From NCBI GenBank assembly GCA_038874655.1, contig JAVZBY010000002.1, forward strand, positions 57,335-121,334: DNA of 64,000 bases. Reading direction: 5' to 3'. Positions within the stretch are counted from its first letter, which is position 1. Each line of letters starts with the position of its first letter. Position numbers and translations under genes: made by a program. The notes beneath the pieces are model-generated. The model made no database searches and was not told the DNA's origin. It worked only from the letters and a program-made list of their open reading frames with translations. Positions 46,745 through 55,308 of the stretch are shown piece after piece. Origin of the DNA: Candidatus Woesearchaeota archaeon (GTDB lineage: Archaea > Nanobdellota > Nanobdellia > Woesearchaeales > GW2011-AR15).

Positions 46745-49494
46745 AAAAATATAATGACATTACTAATAAAATTAAAATAAAAATATTAAAAAAAATATTG
46801 CAATTAATTTTTAGGTTATACTTTAGATTATACTTATTTATTTCATGTTTTATATTATTTATATTATTTTTTAATCCTGTCTTTTCACAAGAATTAAATT
46901 TTTCACTAGAATTAAATAAAGTCAATTTTTTTCTTAATGAACCTGTAATTATAAATTTAGAAGAGGATTATTATAAATTAAATAACACAAATTCATTTGA
47001 TAATTTAACATTAAAAATAATATCCCCAAACCATTATTATAATTATTTAGGAGGTCTAGATAAAAGATTAATTTTTCAACCAAATGAAATTGGTAAGCAT
47101 TATATAGAATTATATTTTAATAATGAGCTGGTAAAAAAATTAGAATTTATTGTTTTTGAAACCAATTCTCAAGTTTCTGAGAATTCTTCTGTTTTAAATA
47201 ACTTAAATATATCGCGAAACAATATATATAATAATGTTTCTGAAAATCAAACAGAAATTATGATTATTCAAAATTCAAATTTTTCAACAAAACAATCGAA
47301 TATAAAATTATTAGATATCATAAAAATTAATGTAAAACAAAATTATTCTTTAGATGAAAATGTTTTTATCACACTAACAAAAAATGAACAAACTCTTTAT
47401 GCAATAAATCCAAGAGAAGACATCAATTTTTCAAAATTAATAATACATTCAAATAAAGATTATGTTTATGAAAATCCAAAAAATAAAATAATTTTTAAAC
47501 CTTCTGAACTTGGTAAACATGAAATTATTTTATATGATACTTTTGATAATGAAGTAGCAAGAGCATCATTTAATGTTATAGAAAATAAAAAATTTATTAT
47601 TAAAGATAGTAAGGGGAAAAAAATAGATGCAACATTTCAATACAAAGATAAAATAAAAAAAAATATTTCTGAATTAATTTCTGAAATTAAAAATGAAAAA
47701 AATCAAAAAATAGAATTAACAGTTTTACCTAATCTAAAAAATATAAAAAAAATTACTTTTAAAGATATAAACCTAGAAAATAGTTTTGATTTTTATCTAG
47801 AAGATCTTGATACATTTAATTTAGAAAGAAGTTTCATAAAAGCATATGCAATTAATCCTGAAAATTTAGATTTCTCAGAAGCAATTTTAACAAGCATAAG
47901 TCAAGGAAAAACACTTTATAAGTGTGCAGAATGGAATTTTCAAGAACAAAAATGTTATGGTATTTGGAAAAAAATAATGTCTTTAGTTCCTGGACAAGAA
48001 TATAATGTTATTATAACAAAAAATGACCCTGCATATGCAGAAAGTAATGAACTTATTGAACCTAAACCTGTAAGTGGTTTTGTTTTTATGTCAGATAATA
48101 CAAGAGCAAATAATGGTATTCCAGTAAGAATTTTTAATAAAGCAAATGGTGAAAGTGTTTTAACACAGGTTTATGCACCACCAATTCCAATATATAAAGG
48201 AGCTTATTCTGCTAATATTTATGGAATAACTGGAGATTCTATTGTTGTAAGAGCATGGAATTCTACACATTATGGCGAAACAAATGCAACTTTATTAGCA
48301 ACAACAACTTATGTTAATATAACAATTCAATATTTTAAAGGAAGTGAACCCAATGTTTCAATAATTTATCCATTAAATAATTCAATTTTTTATTTAGGTC
48401 AAAATTTTAATATAACTGCAAAAGTTCAAATATTAAATAACAATGCAGAAAAGTGTTATGCTTCTTTTATTAGCACATTAGCTGAACCAATAACAGGGCA
48501 AAGTAATACAATTTTTTTAGGAGACATAATGCAAAATAATGAAATTACTTTTATGTTTAATTTAACTGCAATAAAAGGCGGCTATGAAAAATTAATTGTT
48601 AATGTTTCTTGTTCAACAGATACAATTCTAGATGGCTTAAATATAGCAAGAGTAAATTTAACTTTTATTGATAATGTTAAACCAGAGATAACAATATTTA
48701 AACCTCTAAATAATGAAGAATCATTAAATCCTATTAAGTTTATATTTAATGTTTCAGATCATACGGGCATAAAAAACTGCTCATTAATTTTTAATGGTAA
48801 TTTAAATCAGACAATTTTTAATCCACAAATGTATATTTTACATTCTTTTAATTTAACCTTGCAAGCAGGAACATATAATTATAACATTGATTGTTATGAT
48901 AATTCAACTTTATTTAATTATAATATTACTGAAACCATAAACTTTTTTCTACCCTCATGGCATTTTTATTATGGTAATATAAGCTCAAAAATATTTTTAG
49001 GCTCTGGGGAAATTGAAAAATATTCTTGGGAAACCTATTCAGAGGCATATCTTTATGTGATTGAAACAAATACAGTTGTAGATTGGAATAATTTACAAGC
49101 ATTAGGTAGAGATAAATTTAATAATTCAGAATTTAATGATTTTAACGAAGCAGATATCAATTTATCGATGCAAAATTTTGTTGATTCAATTAATAATACT
49201 TTTACTCAAAATTATCAACCAAAAAAATTAGTTAATTTAACCATTTTCGGAAAAAGAATAAATAACATTCCAGTAATAAACTCAACAAATAACTCTAATT
49301 TTATTACAGGCATTCTCTGGGAAATGACTGGCAATAATTATAATGGTAGCCAAAATTTAATATTCTTTACAAATAAAAGTATTGCAAAACAAGGCAAATT
49401 TGGTTTATATGAATATGAAATAAGAATCCCTGCTAATTTGAAAAATTATAAATTAAATTCTGGGACTATCACTTTTTATACTGAGATAATATAA
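46741..49494 (+). CDS. 917-aa secreted surface protein, head-and-tail paralogue of the giant protein
   Basis: ATGA start/stop overlap with the upstream gene. The N-terminal ~450 aa are collinear with the giant (for example KCAEWNFQEQKCYGIWKKI..NDPAYAE versus KCKDWNFTEQKCFGKFELI..TDPAYYE). Ig-like repeats are present (VKPEITIFKPLNNEE..). The C-terminal tail module is at nt ~48952-49491. Confidence 0.85.
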   Translation: MKKYNDITNKIKIKILKKILQLIFRLYFRLYLFISCFILFILFFNPVFSQELNFSLELNKVNFFLNEPVIINLEEDYYKLNNTNSFDNLTLKIISPNHYYNYLGGLDKRLIFQPNEIGKHYIELYFNNELVKKLEFIVFETNSQVSENSSVLNNLNISRNNIYNNVSENQTEIMIIQNSNFSTKQSNIKLLDIIKINVKQNYSLDENVFITLTKNEQTLYAINPREDINFSKLIIHSNKDYVYENPKNKIIFKPSELGKHEIILYDTFDNEVARASFNVIENKKFIIKDSKGKKIDATFQYKDKIKKNISELISEIKNEKNQKIELTVLPNLKNIKKITFKDINLENSFDFYLEDLDTFNLERSFIKAYAINPENLDFSEAILTSISQGKTLYKCAEWNFQEQKCYGIWKKIMSLVPGQEYNVIITKNDPAYAESNELIEPKPVSGFVFMSDNTRANNGIPVRIFNKANGESVLTQVYAPPIPIYKGAYSANIYGITGDSIVVRAWNSTHYGETNATLLATTTYVNITIQYFKGSEPNVSIIYPLNNSIFYLGQNFNITAKVQILNNNAEKCYASFISTLAEPITGQSNTIFLGDIMQNNEITFMFNLTAIKGGYEKLIVNVSCSTDTILDGLNIARVNLTFIDNVKPEITIFKPLNNEESLNPIKFIFNVSDHTGIKNCSLIFNGNLNQTIFNPQMYILHSFNLTLQAGTYNYNIDCYDNSTLFNYNITETINFFLPSWHFYYGNISSKIFLGSGEIEKYSWETYSEAYLYVIETNTVVDWNNLQALGRDKFNNSEFNDFNEADINLSMQNFVDSINNTFTQNYQPKKLVNLTIFGKRINNIPVINSTNNSNFITGILWEMTGNNYNGSQNLIFFTNKSIAKQGKFGLYEYEIRIPANLKNYKLNSGTITFYTEII
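48952..49491 (+). other. C-terminal tail module of the 917-aa protein
   Basis: FYYGNISSKIFLGS..KYSWE..VVDWNNLQAL..DSINNTF..FITGILWE..LIFFT..LYEYEIRIPANL..ITFYTEII. Confidence 0.8.
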
Positions 49495-49526
49495 TATTTA
49501 TAAGGTTTTATTTTTTTATTATTTAT

Positions 49527-50036
49527 ATGAAAAGCCAAACCCATATATTACTAAATCTAATAATTTTACTTCCTTTATTATATTTAATTTATGGTCTGTC
49601 ATTTTTTCAATTAAATTTTTTACATCTATTTATAGCGATATATATTTTTAGTAATTTGCCTGATATTGATAATTCAAAATCAAAAATCAGCAAAACCTTT
49701 TTTGTTTTTTATTTAATCCTTGGTTTTATAGGAATAAATAATCTTTTAAAATACACATTAGAATCAATCTTAATTGGATTAGTTCAAATAACAATTGCAA
49801 TTATCCTAGCATCCTATCATTTTATAATAGCAGATAACTCAAAAAAACATAGAAAATTTCCTCACTCGTTTACCTTTGGAATAATCTCCTCAATTATTTT
49901 TGGTATTTTCACTTCAATTGAAATGGCTTTAATTGCTTTTTTTTGTTTTTTCTTGCATTTACTTTTTGATAATTACCTAATTCAAGCATTACAAAATGAT
50001 TTAAGATTTTGGAGAAAGATTTTTTTCTTTTTTTAG
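49527..50036 (+). CDS. YdjM/DUF457-like membrane-bound metal-dependent hydrolase (putative)
   Basis: MKSQTHILLN, FSNLPDIDNSKS and KKHRKFPHSFTFG occur in the order typical of that family, with four to five TM segments. Confidence 0.5.
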   Translation: MKSQTHILLNLIILLPLLYLIYGLSFFQLNFLHLFIAIYIFSNLPDIDNSKSKISKTFFVFYLILGFIGINNLLKYTLESILIGLVQITIAIILASYHFIIADNSKKHRKFPHSFTFGIISSIIFGIFTSIEMALIAFFCFFLHLLFDNYLIQALQNDLRFWRKIFFFF

Positions 50037-50933
50037 ATTAATATTTTTTTCATTATTTTTCTGTTCATTAATTCTTTTTTTTAAATAATTTAGATTTAAT
50101 CTATCTCTTATTTTTATAAATAAAAAAATAATTATAAAAAACAAAAGAAATATAACAACCAAATCCCACAAATTTTTCAAACTAAAATTTTTTAAATAAT
50201 CTAAAATAATTTCATAAATCTTTTTTTTTATTATTCTTTCTTCTTTTCTTGTTTCCATAAATGTCTTATTTTCTTTTACAAAAATATATTCAGTTTTTTT
50301 TCTGCATTCTTCTATTTTTGGTTCAATTATTGTTCCAATTGCCCAATAATTTGTATTTTTATCAATCTTTTGTGTTGGTTTATCAACTAAAATAGTTTCC
50401 ATAGGACCAATAACAATATCATAATTCTCACTATAAAAATCAGCATCATTGACAGAGATCTTTTTTTCTTCAAAAGCTTTTTTTAAATTTTCTCCACCAT
50501 AAACACCATAGGGAAATTTGCTTTCATTAATATATGAAAAATTAACTTTAAATAAACCCCATTGATTTTCTAAATTAGTAATCTGTAAATTAGGATAAAC
50601 ATTATTCCCTATTGTTATAACATTCCCACCAAAAGTAGAAAACCTAAAACTTCTGTTTTCACAAATTGTTTTCTCATAAGGAATGCTTTTATTTACTTCT
50701 CTAATAACATAATAAGGAATATTTATGTAATCAATTCCATAATTAACCTCCAAATTTAAAAAAATAAAAAATAAAATTGAAATAATAATAAAAAAAACTA
50801 AAAAAAAAGGAAATTTTCTTTTAATTAGTATTTCTGATTTACAATTTTCACAAAGAATCTTCTTTTTAAATAAGAAACTTAATCTACTATAATTATTATG
50901 ACAATTACAATTTGGACATTTTATCTTTGCCAC
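50001..50933 (-). CDS. Membrane protein with an N-terminal cytoplasmic zinc ribbon, ectodomain and second TM
   Basis: KCPNCNCHNN..CENCKSE, then TM FPFFLVFFIIISILFFIFL, a ~200-aa ectodomain and TM LWDLVVIFLLFFIIIFLFI. Its 3' end overlaps the convergent gene by 36 nt. Confidence 0.6.
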   Translation of the reverse strand: MAKIKCPNCNCHNNYSRLSFLFKKKILCENCKSEILIKRKFPFFLVFFIIISILFFIFLNLEVNYGIDYINIPYYVIREVNKSIPYEKTICENRSFRFSTFGGNVITIGNNVYPNLQITNLENQWGLFKVNFSYINESKFPYGVYGGENLKKAFEEKKISVNDADFYSENYDIVIGPMETILVDKPTQKIDKNTNYWAIGTIIEPKIEECRKKTEYIFVKENKTFMETRKEERIIKKKIYEIILDYLKNFSLKNLWDLVVIFLLFFIIIFLFIKIRDRLNLNYLKKRINEQKNNEKNINLKKEKNLSPKS

Positions 50934-51060
50934 AAAATATCACAATAATTTTATTATAATTCTTTTTTAAAAAATTTTTCTTAAATTTTTCAATTAAAAA
51001 AATCTTATAGAAAACTATATAAACTTAAAATATTCTATATAAATAGAGGGAAAGGGGAAA

Positions 51061-52134
51061 ATGGCTCTTTTTAAAAACTTATATTTGGATTTAAGTTATT
51101 TAAACCCTTTTTCATATTTTAAAAAAAACAATAAAAGTGATAAAATCCAATATAATGATGTATCCAAAAATCAGGTTTATTCTTCAGAAGCATATTCAAA
51201 TAATTTTAACAATCTAAAATTAGATGATAATATGTTAATTGATTCTCAAATCAATACAATCTCTAATGAAGAAAATGAAAAAACAGAAAACCTGGAATTG
51301 CCTGATGTTTCCAAAAAACTTCTTTCTGAAAAAAATGAAACAGAAAAAAAGCTTCCAAAAATAAATATTGTTATGCCTCCTCCTTTGATTAATAATTCTG
51401 ACTCACAAACACCAATTAAAAATTCGGATGAAAAAAATATTTTATTGCACAATAAATTCAGTATAGAATCATCACAGCAATTACAAAATTCAAGTTATTT
51501 AAATCAAATAGATAAAAAGAATGAAGAATCATTTATAGAAAATACATCTTTTTCACACTCTTATTTTAACGATATCTATCATCAATTAAATACAAATCAG
51601 ATAAACAAATCTTTGTCAAATAAAATTTATAATCCTAATTTATTAGAAGAAATGCAAACTTTTTGGAAACTTAAAAAAGAAGAGATAAATCAAATCAAAT
51701 TTAATTCAACAGTCAAAACAGAATTATTAAAAAAATTAACAGAATTACAAAAATTAGAAACAGAGTGGCAGAATCTTCAATTACAAAGCGAAAAAATCAA
51801 TGATTTACTCTTTTCAAAGGAGATTCTTATAGAAAATCAAGTAAAACAAATAAAAAAATTGTTTAAAAAACTACATTTAACTGTAAATGCACCATTAAAT
51901 CAAGAATTTATATTATCAAATGGTAATAGAATTTATAATCTTAATGAATTAATTAATATTCTAAAGAATATAGAGGATAATATCTTTTTTTATCATGTTA
52001 ATGACAATAAAAATGATTTTTATAACTGGATAAGAGACGTTTTTGGCTTTAATGAGTTAGCAGATCAAATAAAAAATATAAAAGATAAAAATCAAATGGC
52101 AGATATAATAGAAAAATGGGCTAATCATATTTAA
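51061..52134 (+). CDS. Soluble Asn/Ser/Lys-rich protein with a C-terminal HVNxxKNDFxxW module
   Basis: GGGAAAGGGGA lies upstream of the ATG. The C-terminus reads EFILSNGNRIYNLNELINILKNIEDNIFFYHVNDNKNDFYNWIRDVFGFNELADQIKNIKDKNQ (nt ~51904-52131). Confidence 0.7.
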   Translation: MALFKNLYLDLSYLNPFSYFKKNNKSDKIQYNDVSKNQVYSSEAYSNNFNNLKLDDNMLIDSQINTISNEENEKTENLELPDVSKKLLSEKNETEKKLPKINIVMPPPLINNSDSQTPIKNSDEKNILLHNKFSIESSQQLQNSSYLNQIDKKNEESFIENTSFSHSYFNDIYHQLNTNQINKSLSNKIYNPNLLEEMQTFWKLKKEEINQIKFNSTVKTELLKKLTELQKLETEWQNLQLQSEKINDLLFSKEILIENQVKQIKKLFKKLHLTVNAPLNQEFILSNGNRIYNLNELINILKNIEDNIFFYHVNDNKNDFYNWIRDVFGFNELADQIKNIKDKNQMADIIEKWANHI

Positions 52135-52258
52135 GTTAATTCTATTTTTTGATTTATACTTAATTTTTTTATATTTATGACAAATAGGTTCTCTAATTTT
52201 TTCCTTTTTTATACTTTTTTAATTCTTTTTTATAGATTTCTTAATCAAAATCGAAAGA

Positions 52259-52266
52259 TTTAAATA
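52259..52266 (+). promoter_or_regulatory. Candidate BRE/TATA (CGAAAGATTTAAATATA) for the secreted-protein operon
   Basis: TTTAAATA is preceded by a purine-rich GAAAGA and lies ~200 nt upstream of the 52464 ATG. Confidence 0.3.
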
Positions 52267-52309
52267 TATGTTAGTATACTAATTTGTATATTAATACATA
52301 AAAATAGTA

Positions 52310-52333
52310 TTTTTGTATGCTAAAATACAAAAA
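52310..52333. promoter_or_regulatory. Perfect 9-bp inverted repeat TTTTTGTAT-N6-ATACAAAAA in the leader region
   Basis: Read directly from the sequence: 52310..52318 and 52325..52333. It is a possible operator, but chance occurrence is plausible at this AT content. Confidence 0.25.
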
Positions 52334-52463
52334 TAAATAAAAAGTATATCAAAATATATTTTACAATATTAAAATACTATTTTATTGTAAATTTGTTGCA
52401 AAAAAACAAAACAAGCAAGCATATCCTTAGCTTTTTAAAAAAAAGCTAGCAAGCAGGTGTAAA

Positions 52464-52673
52464 ATGAAACCAACTGAATGGGTTAAATTAGTTTATAGTG
52501 AAACCCCTGATAAAGCAAATGTAAAACAGGGTTTTCTTTATGATGAGGGAGATTTCTATAGAATTGTTGGTTCTAATTCTGAAACACTTGTAAGAAAAGT
52601 CAATGTCATCTCTATTACTAAAAAAATTAATTTTGAAAAAAAGGTGAGAAACTATGAAAGAATTAGGCTATAA
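52464..52673 (+). CDS. Small hypothetical protein, 69 aa, first gene of the secreted-protein operon
   Basis: AGCAGGTG lies upstream of the ATG. It overlaps the next gene by 20 nt. No motif is recognised. Confidence 0.45.
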   Translation: MKPTEWVKLVYSETPDKANVKQGFLYDEGDFYRIVGSNSETLVRKVNVISITKKINFEKKVRNYERIRL

Positions 52674-53451
52674 ATTATTAACTTATTTATCAGTTGTTTT
52701 TGTTTTTTTAATTGCATTTTTTTATGCAAATGCAATTGAAGTCCCAATGGGAGCACAAACAGTAACAGAAGGATATGAATCCACAATTAACAATAGTAAT
52801 TATCCTCCAGCATCAATTCAAGCATATGCTGGTAATATCTCACAATTGACAATCTTTGGTAGATCACAAACAAAACACTGGCAAGGTTATTATGGTGAAG
52901 TTTCAGGTGTAATTGTTTTGGATGATGCACAAAACTGGACAATGTATGACTGGCCAAACCCAGAACCAAAAGGTGAAATATATGCAACAGTTAGTGCAAC
53001 AACACCTATCTGGAATACAATAAGATGCTTTAATTACTCTGGAACAGAGGCAGGCAGCACAAATAACACCTTTTACTGGGAATCATTTTACAACATGACC
53101 TTTAATGATGTTGACGGAATTGATGAAACTTTCAATATTACACAGCATCCAACTTTTGATGTAGGTGAATTTACAATCACAGAAAACACATGTCCAAGTA
53201 CATTCACACATGTTAATGACCAATGGCAAGAACAAAGATTTGTAGAAATTTTATTACAAGATGCAAACGGTCTTTTAATCTTTACAACAATAATAGAAAA
53301 TAAAGATGAAGGTATTAATGATGATGTTGTTGGTTATAATGGAGTTACTCATGACTTTCAATTATTAGTTGCAGAAGATGGTACAAGTAGATCAGGTGGA
53401 GCTAGAAACCAAGACACAACAACATATTACTTTTACTTAGATTTAGAATAA
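52654..53451 (+). CDS. Small secreted protein consisting almost entirely of the tail module (candidate fibre/surface subunit)
   Basis: AGGTGAG RBS. Signal LLTYLSVVFVFLIAFFYANA. Module blocks: HWQGYYGEVSGVIVLDD..MYDWP..DGIDETF..FVEILLQD..LIFTT..THDFQLLVAEDG..YYFYLDLE. Its composition is less Asn/Lys/Ile-biased than its neighbours. Confidence 0.75.
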   Translation: MKELGYKLLTYLSVVFVFLIAFFYANAIEVPMGAQTVTEGYESTINNSNYPPASIQAYAGNISQLTIFGRSQTKHWQGYYGEVSGVIVLDDAQNWTMYDWPNPEPKGEIYATVSATTPIWNTIRCFNYSGTEAGSTNNTFYWESFYNMTFNDVDGIDETFNITQHPTFDVGEFTITENTCPSTFTHVNDQWQEQRFVEILLQDANGLLIFTTIIENKDEGINDDVVGYNGVTHDFQLLVAEDGTSRSGGARNQDTTTYYFYLDLE

Positions 53452-53457
53452 AAGTAC

Positions 53458-53469
53458 TTTTATTTTTTT
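53458..53469 (+). terminator. Oligo-T tract after the first secreted-protein gene
   Basis: TTTTATTTTTTT begins 7 nt after the stop codon. Archaeal terminators are typically oligo-T. Confidence 0.3.
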
Positions 53470-53555
53470 AATAAAATTATAATAAAAAATTATGATAAAA
53501 AGCAAAGTAGGTTTAAGATAAGGAAAAAAGGTAAGAAGGCTAGGAGGCAAAAATC

Positions 53556-54329
53556 ATGAAAAATTTCCAAGAAAGCAAAGGAAAAGAAATGACAAAAGTA
53601 GTCATTTCTATCATGATTTTTGCCTCTCTATTATTTTCCTTAATAATAGCACAATTGATAATAGTTAAAGCAGACCCTGATGGTGCGGATGTTGTTTATA
53701 TAACTAATTCAAGTAAAGTTGCAAAAACCCCTGATAATAGAACAGATGCAAAAGGAACTATAACAACTATTTTTTTAAATACAGTTCAGCAAAACATAAG
53801 ATGGAAAGCATATGTAGGAAATGTATCAGGTAAATTAGTTTTAAGGGATGCAGAACAATACAGCATTTATGAATGGCCAGCAATGGCAAACCCAGATGGT
53901 GTTATTTTTATAACAATGAATCAAAGTATAGATTGGACTACTATTCAATGTGCAAACACAAGTGATATACAAAACTTTCAATTATCATTAGGTCATAGTA
54001 ATTCAGCTCTTGATAATGTTAATAATACCTTTAATACAAAAATTCATCAAAGTTTTGATGTAGGTGTAAAGCCATTTTCAAGTAATCAATGTTGGTCAGC
54101 ATTTCCTTGGGTAAATAACTCAGCACAAACACCTAGTACAAATGCTTTATTTCAAGAAGTTTTACTTATGGATGCAAACAGAAGAATTATTTTTGCTTCA
54201 TTAATTGATCAAGATACTCAAAGTTATAGAAATGATGGTACAACAAAATATGATTTTCAAGCTTTAGTTCCTGATTACACTAGTGCAGAAAATGCACTTT
54301 ATTATTTTTATGTTGAAATATCTGGATAA
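53556..54329 (+). CDS. Small secreted protein, paralogue of 52654..53451 (tail-module family)
   Basis: AGGAGG RBS. Hydrophobic VVISIMIFASLLFSLIIAQLII. Module blocks: RWKAYVGNVSGKLVLRD..IYEWP..SIDWTTIQCA..DNVNNTF..FQEVLLMD..IIFAS..KYDFQALVPDYT..YYFYVEISG. Confidence 0.75.
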   Translation: MKNFQESKGKEMTKVVISIMIFASLLFSLIIAQLIIVKADPDGADVVYITNSSKVAKTPDNRTDAKGTITTIFLNTVQQNIRWKAYVGNVSGKLVLRDAEQYSIYEWPAMANPDGVIFITMNQSIDWTTIQCANTSDIQNFQLSLGHSNSALDNVNNTFNTKIHQSFDVGVKPFSSNQCWSAFPWVNNSAQTPSTNALFQEVLLMDANRRIIFASLIDQDTQSYRNDGTTKYDFQALVPDYTSAENALYYFYVEISG

Positions 54330-54373
54330 AAATAAATTAAATTATTGACTATAATAAAAAGGAAAAGATAAAA

Positions 54374-55297
54374 ATGGAAAATGTAATGCCAAGCAAAACA
54401 GAGCAAAACCTTATTTTAATAGGTTTATCTCTATTATTTGTAGCTTGGCTTCTATTATTGATTGAACCCTTGATAAATAGTCAACCTTATAATTCAACAG
54501 CATTAGTTAACACAACAGTTAATATAACAAATTCAGCTCCAATGGTTTATAATGTTTTTTTAGATACACCAATTAATTTAATAGCTTATGGTAATAAAAC
54601 AGTATATTGTAATGCTACAATTTTTGATTTTGATAATCAAACTATTGCAGTTAATGCTACTCTATACATTGTTGGTATAACAGATGAAAATTCACCAGAT
54701 GATGGCAATGATCATTATACAAATACAAGTTGTACAAGAGTAAGTCCACAAGATAGAGAAATGCAATACAGATGTGCATTTTCAGTAAGATATTATGCTA
54801 ATAATAATACTAATTGGCGTTGTAATGTTACAGCTATAGATACAGGTAATGCAATTAACTCAAATATTTCAAATTTAGCAACAATAAATCCTTTAGTTGC
54901 TATAAAATTACCCCCTTTAATTGATTATGGTGATTTAGCAGTTTGGGATATTTCACAAGATATAGATGCTAATGTAACAAACGCAGGAAACAGAGACGCA
55001 AATATCTCTGTAGAAGGATGGGGCTCAACCCCTGGAGATGGCTTAGCATTTGTTTGTGATTTTGGGTCAATAGCAATATCTTATGAAAGATATGACATTA
55101 CAACAGGAACAAACTATAATTTAATGTCTCAATTAAGTACTACAACAACAATGATTCAAAACTTTTATGTTCCTCAAAGAACAAGCGAAATATATGATTC
55201 AATTAACTCAACATGGTGGAAAGTACAAATTCCAATAGGCGCAGGTGGTGTTTGTAATGGAACAATCTTATTTACAGCAACAGATAGAGGGAATTAA
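54374..55297 (+). CDS. Secreted beta-rich protein, third gene of the operon, function unknown
   Basis: Hydrophobic LILIGLSLLFVAWLLLLI. DANVTNAGNRDANISVEGWG. The C-terminus WWKVQIPIGAGGVCNGTILFTATD only loosely resembles the tail-module end. Confidence 0.6.
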   Translation: MENVMPSKTEQNLILIGLSLLFVAWLLLLIEPLINSQPYNSTALVNTTVNITNSAPMVYNVFLDTPINLIAYGNKTVYCNATIFDFDNQTIAVNATLYIVGITDENSPDDGNDHYTNTSCTRVSPQDREMQYRCAFSVRYYANNNTNWRCNVTAIDTGNAINSNISNLATINPLVAIKLPPLIDYGDLAVWDISQDIDANVTNAGNRDANISVEGWGSTPGDGLAFVCDFGSIAISYERYDITTGTNYNLMSQLSTTTTMIQNFYVPQRTSEIYDSINSTWWKVQIPIGAGGVCNGTILFTATDRGN

Positions 55298-55304
55298 TTT
55301 TTTT
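55298..55304 (+). terminator. T7 tract in the 11-nt gap between convergent genes
   Basis: TTTTTTT immediately follows the TAA at 55295..55297. Confidence 0.3.
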
Positions 55305-55308
55305 CTTC

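Noticed and set aside
52385-52460. Short hairpin and direct repeat (CAAGCAAGC ... TAGC-T5A8-GCTAGCAAGCAGG) upstream of 52464 as a possible small RNA or riboswitch
   Set aside because: The stem is only 4 bp plus an A/T tract. The GCAGGTG part is better explained as the ribosome-binding site of the 69-aa ORF.
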